NCBI GenBank assembly: GCA_947599835.1
Contig: CANQFQ010000003.1
Coordinates: forward strand, 68,072-132,071
Source: an uncultured Bacilli bacterium
GTDB taxonomy: Bacteria; Bacillota_I; Bacilli_A; RFN20; CAG-631
Direction of reading: 5' to 3'
DNA: 64,000 nucleotides
The stretch's first letter is position 1; the number at the start of each line of letters is the position of its first letter. Under the pieces are notes generated by a model. That model was not told where the DNA came from and searched no databases. It was given only the letters and a program-made list of their open reading frames with translations. This document shows, in pieces, positions 18,678 to 29,699 of this stretch. A program made the position numbers and the translations under genes.

Positions 18678-20759
18678 TTAATTATTTTTTATTTTCATTT
18701 GACTCATGAGTTTTTTCTTAGCAAGTCTTCGTATTCCTCTCGCTCCATAATTTTTACTTTCTTGCTGCAAAGCAATTTCCTTGGCTAAATCATCCAATGT
18801 AGCAATTTCATAATGAACTTTTGAAGCATATTCTTGAAGATAATCTTTTGCTAATTGAATGCAAGTATCTTCACTCAAAACATCAAAATTAACGACACAA
18901 TCGATTCTATTTAAAAACTCTGGTCGAAAATGATTGGAAATTTCATTTTGAACATCTTCGTGATTGTATTGATTGTTAACATAACCCATTTTATTTTTAT
19001 GAAATAGCGTTTCACTAAAACCTAAATTTGAGGTCATAATGATAATCGTATTTCGAAAGTCAATTTTCTTTTTAGTTGAATCATAAAAATACCCTTCATC
19101 AAAAACACTTAAGAAAATATCTAAAACATCTCGATGGGCTTTTTCAACTTCATCTAAAACAACGACAGAATGAGGATTTTTTCGAATATGATCAACAAGC
19201 AAACTTTGCCGTTCAAAGCCAACATAACCAGGAGGTGAACCAATTAACTTGGTTACAGAACTAGGTTCACTATATTCGGACATATCTAGTTTTATATATT
19301 TATCTTTATTTCCAAAATATTTCATCGCAATTTGTTTTGCCGTTTCTGTTTTACCAACGCCCGTTGGACCTACAAACAAAAATACGCCTAAAGGTCTGTT
19401 TTCATCATTAATTCCCATTTCAATATATTCAATTTGTTCTATAATGGTAGCAATGGCTTTTTGCTGTCCGATTAAAATTTGATTCAAACTTTGTTCTAAA
19501 GCTTTTGCTTTATTGCCTTTTTCAATTTTCACTTTGAATAAATCTTCGATAACTTCTATAATTTCTTTTTCTTCTAATGATTTTTGATGATGATTATGTG
19601 CACGCACACTTGCGATATCTAAAACATCGATAGCCTTATCAGGAAAATATCGATCACTAACATACAAATTACAATAATTGACAATTTTTTTAATGATATC
19701 TTCACCAATCAAAATGCCATGAAATTGTTCAAATTGGGGTTTTATTTCTTGGAGAATATGTAAGGTTTGTGCAAGAGAAGGTTCTTCAATTTTTACAACT
19801 TGAAATCTTCTTTCTAACGCCTTTTCTTTTTCAAAAATTTTAACATATTCATCATAAGTCGTGGCTCCGATACAACCGATCTCTCCTCTAGATAAATAAG
19901 GCTTTAAAATATTACTTGCATCAATTGCACCTTCTGCTCCTCCAGCGCCGATAATATTATGTATTTCATCAATGAAAAGAATGGCATTTTCGTCTTCTTT
20001 GACTTTTTTAATAATCTTTTTTAATTTATCTTCAAACTCGCCTCGATATTTTGTTCCCGCAATAATGCCAGAAATATCTAATTCATAAATCGTTTTTTCT
20101 TTTAATTTTTCCGGTACTTTCCCTAAATTAATAAGATGTGCAAAATATTCTACGATTGCGGTTTTTCCAACACCGGGTTCTCCAATTAATATGGCATTGG
20201 GTTTTTGCTTTCTTAATAAGGCTTCAAATAATAAATTTAATTCGTTATCTCTTTCAATCAATATTGGCTTTTGTTTTAATGCTTTATTATTTAAATTAAT
20301 TAAATCTGGAATATTATCTAATTCACTATGTTTTTTTGTTTGTCGTTTCAATTCTTCAATCACGTTTTTAATGGGTACATTGAGTTTTTTTAATATTTCT
20401 AAAGCAATGTTTTCTTCCATTTCCAACAAACATATACTTAAAGTTTCTAAACTAATTCTTTCTTCTTGCTTCTTTTTAGCCACTAAAATTGCTTCTTCAA
20501 TCAGATTTTTCATAGCGATGGTATATTCCATATAAAAGGGTTGCGTTGGTTTTTGTCCAAATAACTCTATTAATTCTTCTTGATAAATATTTGCTGTGAC
20601 ATTGTACGTTTCTAAAATAACTTTTAATTTTGAATCTTTTATTTTTAATAACGCAAGTAATAAATGTTCAGTTCCCACACTATTATGGCCGAAATCAAAA
20701 GCTAAGCTTTCTGCCAAAGCAATGGCCCGCTGAGCTTTTTCATTAAATCTACTAAGCAT
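18678..20759 (-). CDS. ATP-dependent Clp protease ATP-binding subunit (ClpA/ClpC class, no middle domain)
   Basis: Clp N-domain (GTEHLLLAL), GEPGVGKT, AGTKYRGEFE, GPTGVGKT, GSPPGYVG, FRPEFLNRID. Confidence 0.9.
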   Translation of the reverse strand: MLSRFNEKAQRAIALAESLAFDFGHNSVGTEHLLLALLKIKDSKLKVILETYNVTANIYQEELIELFGQKPTQPFYMEYTIAMKNLIEEAILVAKKKQEERISLETLSICLLEMEENIALEILKKLNVPIKNVIEELKRQTKKHSELDNIPDLINLNNKALKQKPILIERDNELNLLFEALLRKQKPNAILIGEPGVGKTAIVEYFAHLINLGKVPEKLKEKTIYELDISGIIAGTKYRGEFEDKLKKIIKKVKEDENAILFIDEIHNIIGAGGAEGAIDASNILKPYLSRGEIGCIGATTYDEYVKIFEKEKALERRFQVVKIEEPSLAQTLHILQEIKPQFEQFHGILIGEDIIKKIVNYCNLYVSDRYFPDKAIDVLDIASVRAHNHHQKSLEEKEIIEVIEDLFKVKIEKGNKAKALEQSLNQILIGQQKAIATIIEQIEYIEMGINDENRPLGVFLFVGPTGVGKTETAKQIAMKYFGNKDKYIKLDMSEYSEPSSVTKLIGSPPGYVGFERQSLLVDHIRKNPHSVVVLDEVEKAHRDVLDIFLSVFDEGYFYDSTKKKIDFRNTIIIMTSNLGFSETLFHKNKMGYVNNQYNHEDVQNEISNHFRPEFLNRIDCVVNFDVLSEDTCIQLAKDYLQEYASKVHYEIATLDDLAKEIALQQESKNYGARGIRRLAKKKLMSQMKIKNN

Positions 20760-20897
20760 TTTGCTATCACCTTCCAATTCGTTACCACTACTCAATAATA
20801 TTAATTTTTTACTATAAATATTATAGGTATTTCTATTTTTTTTAATGATTTAATAATTGACATTTTTTGGAAAATAAAAAAGTGTGACTCGCACACT

Positions 20898-21764
20898 TTA
20901 ATGGATTAATTCAATCCAATAGGAACAATCAAATTGTTCTTTAGGATCTAATTCTAAAACGCCTTTTTCTTCGATAGGATCAACATATTTTTGCGAAATT
21001 CCATTCCATGGTTCAAAACAAACAAAAGGTGCATCAACCACTAATGGTGACCAAATGGCAAATTTTTTAAATTCCGAAAAATAGAAGCGAATTGCTTTGT
21101 TGTGATGCTTCGATTTTAAGTCAATATAATGTGACTTTAACCCTTCCATCACATAAGCATCCGGATCAAACATTTTATATTTTAATGGAATGATTTTTTG
21201 GTTTTCTAAAAAAGGTTCTGTTTCACTAGATAAATAACTACCATTTAATTTGGTCTTTTCTACCGTTTCAAACGTTTCAAATTCTAAATAATAATCTTCA
21301 AAATGTTCATTCGGATAAAGAGGTACCTTGAATGCTGGATGGCCACCGACCATAAAATACATTTTATTTGTTCCTGTATTGATGACCTTATAAGAAACTT
21401 TGATTTTTGCTCCAATTAAAGTAAAAGTAACAAAAAATTGAAAATGAAACGGATAACAAACAAACGTTTCTTGATCGTCTATTAACAAATAAGTGACCGA
21501 ATGGGTATCGCTTTCATATTCAATAAATTCTTTTTCTCTAGCAAAACCATGCGTATTGATAAAATATTCTTTGCCCTGATATGTATATTTTTTATTAACA
21601 AAACGACTAATGATAGGAAATAATACGGGAGACCGTCTTGCCCAGTATAGCGGATTTCCATCATGCATTCTAGAAACTCCATCGGAATCTATAATTTCTT
21701 GTAATTCTGCACCAAAAGAACTCGTTTTGATGATCATATATTCATTTTTTAAAGTTTTAATCAT
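20898..21764 (-). CDS. Aldose 1-epimerase family protein (LacX-like)
   Basis: GAELQ, WARRSPVLFP, HGFAR, GGHPAF, FVCFEPW. Confidence 0.9.
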   Translation of the reverse strand: MIKTLKNEYMIIKTSSFGAELQEIIDSDGVSRMHDGNPLYWARRSPVLFPIISRFVNKKYTYQGKEYFINTHGFAREKEFIEYESDTHSVTYLLIDDQETFVCYPFHFQFFVTFTLIGAKIKVSYKVINTGTNKMYFMVGGHPAFKVPLYPNEHFEDYYLEFETFETVEKTKLNGSYLSSETEPFLENQKIIPLKYKMFDPDAYVMEGLKSHYIDLKSKHHNKAIRFYFSEFKKFAIWSPLVVDAPFVCFEPWNGISQKYVDPIEEKGVLELDPKEQFDCSYWIELIH

Positions 21765-21776
21765 TTGTCTTCACCC

Positions 21777-22067
21777 TTAAACTAAAAAAATTAACATGAT
21801 GATGCCTAAACCTAGCACCACAGCACTTAAAATAGGAATCGTAATGTAACGTTTTTTTTCTTTTCTTCTCATCAATGCATCGACATTAATAATTGCAATA
21901 TATAAGATAATGACGGCAAAATATACAAAAGATAAAATGAGATTTAAACCTTCTTTTACAATAGTTAGACTTGGAACAAAAGAGACTAAAATTAAAAACA
22001 AATTTAAAGCGCAAAGAATCGACAAAACGATAATATTTTTTATAAAATCTTTTTTAGTTTTTTCCAT
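21777..22067 (-). CDS. Small hypothetical membrane protein (about 3 TM)
   Basis: Hydrophobic ORF fitting tightly inside a co-oriented run. Confidence 0.65.
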   Translation of the reverse strand: MEKTKKDFIKNIIVLSILCALNLFLILVSFVPSLTIVKEGLNLILSFVYFAVIILYIAIINVDALMRRKEKKRYITIPILSAVVLGLGIIMLIFLV

Positions 22068-22071
22068 AATT

Positions 22072-22935
22072 TTATAAATCTAAGTTTTCAAAGATGACAT
22101 TATCACAATGATCTTTGACTTTATCATAAATTTCTTGATTCGTTACTGTCCATACCAAAAGTTTCGCGCCTAATTTTCTTAATACTCTATTTGTATATTG
22201 TTCAGCACCTGGCCAACAATAAGATGTAAAATGAGGTCGTCCAATAAAATTACTAAATAAATTCGTGTATAAAAATCGACGATGCCATTTCATTTTTTTA
22301 TTTGACATATAGTTAAAACATAATTGTCCTCGAGGAATTTCAGGGGCATTTTTCTTGAACCATTTTAATGAAAATGGTGAAAAGGCTTGAATCACATATC
22401 TTCCTTTATATGCTCTTAGAATCGGTAATGCAGCAGCTTCAAGTTTACCATTATAAGAATCTTTGATTTCAATTAATAAACCCACACGATCATCAACAAA
22501 ATCGAGAAATTCTTGTAATTCCATAATTTGTTGTTCGCCATCCATCAATCGATATTGTTTTACTTCTTTAAGTGTTAAATCATTGATCACTACATTTTTT
22601 ACACCACACATCCGATCTAATGTCCCATCGTGTATTACAACAACTTTATTATCTTTAGTAACATTTAAATCGATTTCAATATGATATCCTTTATCAATAG
22701 CTCTTTGAAAAGCAATTTTTGAATTTTCAGGGACTTCTTTATTTCCTAAATGATAACCTCGATGTGCGATAGGTTTTTCAAATAGCCAATCAAATTTTTT
22801 TAATTTTTTAGATTTTCTTCCGGGTAATAGCATTAAAAATAAGCTTAAAAACAAGAGCAAAACGAATCCGATACATACACCAAAAACAATTAATAAAATT
22901 TCAATGGTTTGATTTTCAATATATATTGCTAACAT
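22072..22935 (-). CDS. Membrane-anchored glycerophosphodiester phosphodiesterase
   Basis: IAHRG, PENS, IEID, HDGTLDR, LLIEIK, WTV. Confidence 0.9.
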   Translation of the reverse strand: MLAIYIENQTIEILLIVFGVCIGFVLLLFLSLFLMLLPGRKSKKLKKFDWLFEKPIAHRGYHLGNKEVPENSKIAFQRAIDKGYHIEIDLNVTKDNKVVVIHDGTLDRMCGVKNVVINDLTLKEVKQYRLMDGEQQIMELQEFLDFVDDRVGLLIEIKDSYNGKLEAAALPILRAYKGRYVIQAFSPFSLKWFKKNAPEIPRGQLCFNYMSNKKMKWHRRFLYTNLFSNFIGRPHFTSYCWPGAEQYTNRVLRKLGAKLLVWTVTNQEIYDKVKDHCDNVIFENLDL

Positions 22936-22954
22936 AAATACTCACTTTCCTTTT

Positions 22955-24274
22955 TTATTTTGATATATTTATTTTTTCTAAAATTGCAAATTTAGGCATT
23001 TTTATATTATTCATTTGACAACTTTCTTTACTGAACGAAATGGTCTTAATGCTATTTAAAGCATTTCCCACGATGGATCCACCTGTAATTGGAATTACCT
23101 CACCTTTTTTGGTATGATAATATCCAAACCGAATTTCACTTCCAAAATCACCTGTTAATAAATCTACATTCATATCGGATAAAGATATGATTTCAAGGTA
23201 AGCTTCTTTATTTAATTGTTCCATTGTCGCAGTTCCACATTCGACAACGATATTTTGGAATTGTCCATTATTCGGTAAATGCATATATTGCGCTTTTTGC
23301 ATCGAGCCCCAAACATTAACTACCTTTCCTTGATCAATAATGCGTAGAGAACGGAGTGCAATTCCATCTTCATCATATAAAGTGTTTTTGGATGAACCCG
23401 GCAATAACGGTTCTAACGTTATCGTTAATTTATCGCACGAATCGGAACTTTTTTGGATTTCATCGCCTACCTTATAATCAGAATAACGATCAAAAAGAGC
23501 GTCAATTTTTACTTTATCTACAAAGAAAGTTAAAAATGTTTTTAAAGCTTCGTTTTTCAAAATGACCTTCGCGTTCTTTTCGATTTCAATTTGTCGCGTT
23601 GCTTTAAATCTATTTTTCGCCTCTTCAAATAAATTATTAACAACACCTTTAATATAATTATGATTTAACGTATCAAATTCAAAAAATTGATGTAATTCAA
23701 CTTCTTCGGTATTTTCATCTTTAATATGTTCATACCAAGTCACAACAAGATCTAATTGAGCATAACTTTTTGCATAGATAAATTCGTGTTCTAAAGAATT
23801 GAGAAAATGTCTTTTTTCAAAATTAACAAAAATCTCACAAGAATTAATATATCCATTGGCATAAGTGTTTGCTTCAAAAACAATATCCGCTATTAAAAAG
23901 GCTGCTTCTTTAAGTGAATGCCCATAAAAAGAAACTTCTTTGTCATTTCCCCGTTCTTGTTGTTTATCGACTAAATTATAGGGTTGATTCAACGATAAAT
24001 TCGTTAATTCTTCGGCTTCGTTTAGTTTATCTTCCATTTCTTCTTGTGTCATATTCGGAGTTAAAGTGCAACAATATTCTCCTTGTTTCTTGTTACCTTT
24101 ACTTGTGTATTCTTTATATAATGTCACTAAATACTCTTTCGTTTCTAAACTCCGATTCATGTCTAAATTTTGTTTAATAAAAAATAATTGATAACTATGA
24201 ACGATTTTTTCTTCTATTTTCCATCCTTTGAGAGATTTTCGTTCGTTCAGTAAGGATTTTATTTTTTCAATCAT
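22955..24274 (-). CDS. TldE/PmbA-like protein
   Basis: YDEDG, TGDFGSEIRFGY, PITGGSI. ATGA overlap with tldD and no HExxxH. Confidence 0.8.
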   Translation of the reverse strand: MIEKIKSLLNERKSLKGWKIEEKIVHSYQLFFIKQNLDMNRSLETKEYLVTLYKEYTSKGNKKQGEYCCTLTPNMTQEEMEDKLNEAEELTNLSLNQPYNLVDKQQERGNDKEVSFYGHSLKEAAFLIADIVFEANTYANGYINSCEIFVNFEKRHFLNSLEHEFIYAKSYAQLDLVVTWYEHIKDENTEEVELHQFFEFDTLNHNYIKGVVNNLFEEAKNRFKATRQIEIEKNAKVILKNEALKTFLTFFVDKVKIDALFDRYSDYKVGDEIQKSSDSCDKLTITLEPLLPGSSKNTLYDEDGIALRSLRIIDQGKVVNVWGSMQKAQYMHLPNNGQFQNIVVECGTATMEQLNKEAYLEIISLSDMNVDLLTGDFGSEIRFGYYHTKKGEVIPITGGSIVGNALNSIKTISFSKESCQMNNIKMPKFAILEKINISK

Positions 24275-25692
24275 CCAATGTTCACCTTTGCTTTCAAATA
24301 AGGTCCACCATCTGCTGTTTTAGATTTTTCTTTATCCCCTTTACAACAATATCCTGAACCAAATAATAGAAAATCTTGACTCGTCATAGAAATCGATTGT
24401 AGAATTTCCAAGACATTGCCGTTCATATAGATTGGTGAATAAATCTTACCCGTATATTTTCCATCAATAATTTCTCTTCCAATTAACGCTATAGCTTGTA
24501 ATCCCCAGTTTTTAGGATCTTCCATTCCACTATAGGCGTTGCATACCAACATTCCTTTTTTAGTTTGTGAAACCATATCATCTAAGATACTTGCTCCTCT
24601 TTCAAAATAAGTCGTTGTCATTCGAGTATAGGCTTTCCGCTTATAAGATTCTCTTTTGCCATTTCCCGTAGGTAAAATATTTAATTTTAAAGCTGATAAA
24701 GTATCCGCAATTCCGGTTTGTAAAACTCCATTTTTAATAATTATCGTATCTTGGGCTAAAACACCTTCATCATCAAAAAAATAAGAAGAACAATTTTCAA
24801 AAGGTTTAGCTCCATCATGCATTTGAATCATTTCTGATGCCACCGGTTTTTGAATAAATTCTTTGGCCTTAGCACGATTTTTTACAAACATATCCATCTC
24901 TACACCATGACCAAAAGCTTCATGTGCAATTAGACCCGTTACATCTGGTGATGTAATAATTTCATATTCTCCTGGAGCAGGTTTTGTACTATCAAGTAAA
25001 GCAATGGCATCTTGAATGACACGATGTTCTCTTTTTTCTAATTCCTTTAAGACGCCTGTAACCGTAATATTAGAAACTGCTTCAAAATTAGATTTTGTGG
25101 TATCATTTCTATTTACAATTACAGATAAACGACCATTAACCCAAGGATAAACTTGTTCTAAATCTTTTTGTGAAGATAAAAACATTTTAGAAATGGTAAG
25201 GTATTCAATGCTGCTTTGTGCACTAATAATATATTCACTTTCAATAAAAGCAGTTTCGACTAATTTTTTACAATAATTGATTAATTCTTTGATTGTATAA
25301 TCTCGATCTTGAATGTCCTTTTGAAAGCTTTGTTGCATACTTTCTTCTTGAATTAACGGATATTCCGATTCTTTTAAATAAATCGATTTGGCAATTAATT
25401 CTTGTACATCTAATTCAGAAGAAATTTTGTCATAAATTTCTTTAATATTTTGCGAATCAATGCTATTGAAAGAATATTCACTATAAAATTTTCCGTTAAA
25501 AACGCGAACAACAAAACCTTTTTCTTGCATAGGATGTTCTTTAATTTGAACGCCATTGGCATTCGCCTTAATCACTTTTCCATCACAATCATTTGCTAAA
25601 ATGGAAACGTAAACATATTTTGCACTTAGCATTTGAATTAATCTTTTTAATAAAGGCTTAATTGTCGTAAGATACTTAGAAAATTCTTCCAT
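24271..25692 (-). CDS. tldD: TldD metalloprotease
   Basis: HEAFGHGVE, FFDDEG, TGNGKRE...RMT, GYCCK...DGGP. Confidence 0.9.
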   Translation of the reverse strand: MEEFSKYLTTIKPLLKRLIQMLSAKYVYVSILANDCDGKVIKANANGVQIKEHPMQEKGFVVRVFNGKFYSEYSFNSIDSQNIKEIYDKISSELDVQELIAKSIYLKESEYPLIQEESMQQSFQKDIQDRDYTIKELINYCKKLVETAFIESEYIISAQSSIEYLTISKMFLSSQKDLEQVYPWVNGRLSVIVNRNDTTKSNFEAVSNITVTGVLKELEKREHRVIQDAIALLDSTKPAPGEYEIITSPDVTGLIAHEAFGHGVEMDMFVKNRAKAKEFIQKPVASEMIQMHDGAKPFENCSSYFFDDEGVLAQDTIIIKNGVLQTGIADTLSALKLNILPTGNGKRESYKRKAYTRMTTTYFERGASILDDMVSQTKKGMLVCNAYSGMEDPKNWGLQAIALIGREIIDGKYTGKIYSPIYMNGNVLEILQSISMTSQDFLLFGSGYCCKGDKEKSKTADGGPYLKAKVNIG

Positions 25693-25709
25693 TGTATCTC
25701 TACCTCCTT

Positions 25710-27872
25710 TTATTTTACCATTTTAAATTCATATAAAATACCATGAAAATCATAAGGGTGTCTTGGAAGTAAAATTCCTACATTCATGAGTTCACTGCCA
25801 GTATAAATTTCTTTGGTATTTATGTCTTGATAATGACGATGTGGTTCTAATCCTTTTAATTTTAACCAATCAAATTCATTGGTTGCTCCATTCAAAATTC
25901 TCACATACATCACATAACAATGTTTTTTATCTTTGCTTACAAAACTCCAACAACAATCTTTATTAGATTCAAATGGATTACGTAAACGATAAAAATCACT
26001 TTGATATAAACATTTTCGTAAATTTTTATATGTTTTTGTTTGTGCTTTAACCATTTCACGTTCTTGTTTTGAAAGAACTTGTGGATTCAATTCATACCCA
26101 AAATTAGCTGACATTGCAACAATTCCTCGAGTATTAAAAGGAGTGACTCTACCCGTTTGATGATTTGGAGTGACTGAAACATGTCCCACCATGGTTGTTG
26201 GAGGATAAACCATTGAAGTTCCATATTGAATAAATAATCTTTCAATGGCATCCGAATCATCACTCGTCCAAATTTGAGGAGTATAATATAAAACTCCTGG
26301 ATCTACTCTTCCGCCGCCACCAGAGCAGCCTTCAATTAACAAATGAGGATATCGTGTAGTTAATCTCTCTAAAATGCTATATAAACCTAAAACATAACGA
26401 TGACATAATTCTTGGTTCGGAGTTTCTGTAATATTTCGATTAAAATCCCACTTGATATAACTTAAATCAATTTCATCGACAATTTTTGAAATGCTATCCA
26501 CGATATAATCACAAACTTTTGGATTGGATAAATCTAGAACCAATTGACAACGAGAAACAGCATGTTCACGATCTGCAACTTTTATTGCGTATTCTGGATG
26601 AGCACGATATAAATCACTATCGATTGAGATCATTTCGGGTTCAAACCAAAGTCCAAAATTTAATCCATTTTCTTTCGCTAATCGAGCAACTTCTTTTAAT
26701 CCTCCTGGCAATTTATCAAGATTTACCTTCCAATCTCCTAAGGAAGATTCATCATTGTTTCGTTTGCCAAACCAACCATCGTCTAAAACAAAGGTTTCGA
26801 TTCCTAAACCTTTTGCTGATTTTAATAAAGCTGCAAGTTTTTCTTGATTAAAATCAAAATAAGTGGCTTCCCAATTGTTGACTACAATTGGATGATGATA
26901 ATGCCGTTTGATTAATCTTTCATTGTATAAATTATGAAATGTTTGGGACATACCATTTAATCCTGTACAAGAATAAACCATTACAACTTCTGGCGTTTCA
27001 AAAGTTTCGCCAGGTTTTAATGTCCAAGAAAAATCGAACGATCCAAGTCCCATTTGCACTCTAGCTGTATCTCTTTGATCTACTTCAACAGCGCCTTCAT
27101 AATTACCACTATACACAAAATTAATACCATAAACTTCCCCATAATCTTCTGTGGTATCTTTTTTTAATAACGCAAAGAAAGGATTTAACATATGACTTGA
27201 AGAACCTCTTCGACTTTCAATTTTTGTTATTCCGTGACGAAGCGGTGTAATTTCAATATGTCTTTCTTTGCAATGTGTGCCATGTAATTGTAAAAATTGA
27301 TAATCTTTGTCGTGTAAATCAAAACTACAAGAAACGACTTTTTTCAATTTTACTGTTTGTTTTCCTTGATTGATGACTTGTACATGACGCGTAATCACAT
27401 CCCGATCATGATAGACATTATAAATCAAACATACGATGATTTGTGTCACTGCGTCTTTTAAATAAACTTTTAATGTGTGGGTTTCGCCATCTTCGCTTCT
27501 TAAGGATGGCATTCCCGTAATCGCTGGCTTTTGATCGACAATTTCATGTTTTAAATAACGAAAATCAGTGATTCTTGATCCATTTTCTTGTTCTACGATA
27601 ATGGCAGGAATACGAAAATCAGTATAGCCAAAAGAAGGATATTCTTGAGGCAAAGTATCTAAACTAACTTTACGATCCTTAAAAAATTCAAGAGGCGATG
27701 GTGAAAAACCAAGTTCTCGTGATACAATTCTTCTTGAAGGGTGTAACATTTCTACCTTTTTTCCATAATAAAGATGGGCTAAATAACGATCATAAGCCAC
27801 ACCTAAAATATAGGAACTATTTTTACATTCGAGATGAAATGTTTTTTCCTTTTCGTTATAAAATATAGGCAT
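25710..27872 (-). CDS. Alpha-galactosidase, GH36
   Basis: NNWEATYFDF, FVLDDGWFG, FGLWFEPEM, YIKWDFNR, EGCSGGGGR, WTSDDSDA. Confidence 0.95.
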   Translation of the reverse strand: MPIFYNEKEKTFHLECKNSSYILGVAYDRYLAHLYYGKKVEMLHPSRRIVSRELGFSPSPLEFFKDRKVSLDTLPQEYPSFGYTDFRIPAIIVEQENGSRITDFRYLKHEIVDQKPAITGMPSLRSEDGETHTLKVYLKDAVTQIIVCLIYNVYHDRDVITRHVQVINQGKQTVKLKKVVSCSFDLHDKDYQFLQLHGTHCKERHIEITPLRHGITKIESRRGSSSHMLNPFFALLKKDTTEDYGEVYGINFVYSGNYEGAVEVDQRDTARVQMGLGSFDFSWTLKPGETFETPEVVMVYSCTGLNGMSQTFHNLYNERLIKRHYHHPIVVNNWEATYFDFNQEKLAALLKSAKGLGIETFVLDDGWFGKRNNDESSLGDWKVNLDKLPGGLKEVARLAKENGLNFGLWFEPEMISIDSDLYRAHPEYAIKVADREHAVSRCQLVLDLSNPKVCDYIVDSISKIVDEIDLSYIKWDFNRNITETPNQELCHRYVLGLYSILERLTTRYPHLLIEGCSGGGGRVDPGVLYYTPQIWTSDDSDAIERLFIQYGTSMVYPPTTMVGHVSVTPNHQTGRVTPFNTRGIVAMSANFGYELNPQVLSKQEREMVKAQTKTYKNLRKCLYQSDFYRLRNPFESNKDCCWSFVSKDKKHCYVMYVRILNGATNEFDWLKLKGLEPHRHYQDINTKEIYTGSELMNVGILLPRHPYDFHGILYEFKMVK

Positions 27873-27890
27873 AAAATACCTCCCAATGAA

Positions 27891-28733
27891 CTAAAATTTC
27901 TTCAAAATGTTATTTAAATATTGAACCGTGTCAATGATATCTTTTTCTTGTTCAGCGCCTTCGATTTCTCTTTCAATAGTTAAAGGTCCACGATAATTTA
28001 AGGCATGTAACTTTTGAATAATGCATTCAAAATCAACACGACCTTGTCCCACTTTGGTTTCAACACCTAATTCATTACCATTTGTAGGATACATACCATC
28101 TTTTACATGTACACCTGTAATATATTTACCAAAAATATCGATAGCATCTTGTGGATTTCCTTTGCCATACATTAATAAATTAGCTGGATCTAGATTGATA
28201 CCGATGTTATCATATCCTCTAGCGTTTAAATCATCTATAGCACGAAGAACAGCGATCGGTGTTTCTTCTCCTGTTTCAAAGCAAAACTTAATATTAAGTT
28301 TTTTACAATAATCAGCAACTTCACACAAAGCATCTAAGAAACTTAAATATTCTTCAGAGCCAGGAACTTCAGGCATAAAACCTACATGTGTTGTCATATT
28401 GTCTACGCCTAACATTGCACAAAAATCGGCTTCTTTTTTAAGGCAAGCAATTCTTTCTTTTCGCCATGTTTGAGGAACAATTCCAATCGTTGATGGACCT
28501 TTTGTAAAATTCCATTCCGTAGGGCCCACATTCCAGCCACCCCAAACGCCAGAGATGGTAACATCTCCTTTTTTCAATATTTCTTTTACTTTCGTAGCGT
28601 TTTCTGGAACACAAATATTGCAATCCCAACAACTTAATTGAATTTCTTTTACTCCAATTTTTTCTAGTCTTTTTGTACCATTTGCCAAGATACTAGCAAG
28701 ACTTTCAATGACACCAATTTTCAAATTATACAT
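27891..28733 (-). CDS. Sugar phosphate isomerase/epimerase (TIM barrel)
   Basis: FETGEE, INLDPAN, VHVKDG, LTIERE. Confidence 0.85.
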   Translation of the reverse strand: MYNLKIGVIESLASILANGTKRLEKIGVKEIQLSCWDCNICVPENATKVKEILKKGDVTISGVWGGWNVGPTEWNFTKGPSTIGIVPQTWRKERIACLKKEADFCAMLGVDNMTTHVGFMPEVPGSEEYLSFLDALCEVADYCKKLNIKFCFETGEETPIAVLRAIDDLNARGYDNIGINLDPANLLMYGKGNPQDAIDIFGKYITGVHVKDGMYPTNGNELGVETKVGQGRVDFECIIQKLHALNYRGPLTIEREIEGAEQEKDIIDTVQYLNNILKKF

Positions 28734-28866
28734 TTTTATTTTCTCCTTTTGTAATCAAGACTAGTTTAGCACATTTAATATTGTATAACAATATTATTTA
28801 ATTTTTTCATCCGTGTATTGTTTTTAATTTTAAAAATCGTTACAATACTTTTTAGAGGTGATTAAC

Positions 28867-29688
28867 TTGAAAATTCGTTTTCTAGGAACCGCTGCTGCTG
28901 AAGGTTGGCCTGGTATTTTTTGTAGTTGTGATGCCTGTACTAGAGCAAGAAAATTAAAAGGAAAAAATATTCGCAGTCGTTTTTCAATTATGATAGATGA
29001 AGCTTATAAAATCGATTTTCCACCCGATAGTTATTATCATATGATTCGAGATGGATTAGATTATACTAAAGTAAAACATCTTTTTATCTCCCATCCTCAT
29101 TTTGATCATTTATCCTGTGAAGAATTTGATTTTCGCAGAAAATGGTTTACAAATTTAAAAAATGATCATAGTTTAAATATTTATGGTTGGTCAAAATCGA
29201 TAAAAATGATTAAAAAAAGCATGGCCGAAGTTGATGAAAACGAACCCATCTTCCACTCCATTCGTGCTTTTCAAAAAATTGATACACCTGATTTTTTTGT
29301 TTATCCATTACCTGCTAATCATATGCAACCAACGGATAAACCTTTTATCTATTTGTTTGTTCGTAAATGTGATGGTAAAACTTTTCTAGATGCGCATGAT
29401 ACCGGAATGTTTTTTGACTCAGTATTCGATTTTTTAAAGAATTTTCATATTGACGTCATTTCTTTAGATTGTACGCACGGATCATTAAGTAGTCTGAATA
29501 ATCATTTAGGTCATCAAGAGGTCTTATTGGTGAAAGAAAAATTAGAAAAATTACATATTTTTGATCAAGGTATTTTTATTGTGAATCATTTTTCTCATAA
29601 CGGCAAATGGACACACGAAGAATTTGAAAGTTTCTTTAATCCGCATCATATTTTAGTTGCCTATGACGGCATGGAAATTGATTTTTAG
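28867..29688 (+). CDS. MBL-fold metallo-hydrolase (PhnP-like)
   Basis: FLGTAAAEG, CxCxxC, SHPHFDH, DCT, NHFSHN, AYDGM. Confidence 0.88.
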   Translation: MKIRFLGTAAAEGWPGIFCSCDACTRARKLKGKNIRSRFSIMIDEAYKIDFPPDSYYHMIRDGLDYTKVKHLFISHPHFDHLSCEEFDFRRKWFTNLKNDHSLNIYGWSKSIKMIKKSMAEVDENEPIFHSIRAFQKIDTPDFFVYPLPANHMQPTDKPFIYLFVRKCDGKTFLDAHDTGMFFDSVFDFLKNFHIDVISLDCTHGSLSSLNNHLGHQEVLLVKEKLEKLHIFDQGIFIVNHFSHNGKWTHEEFESFFNPHHILVAYDGMEIDF

Positions 29689-29699
29689 GAGGTTCATTT

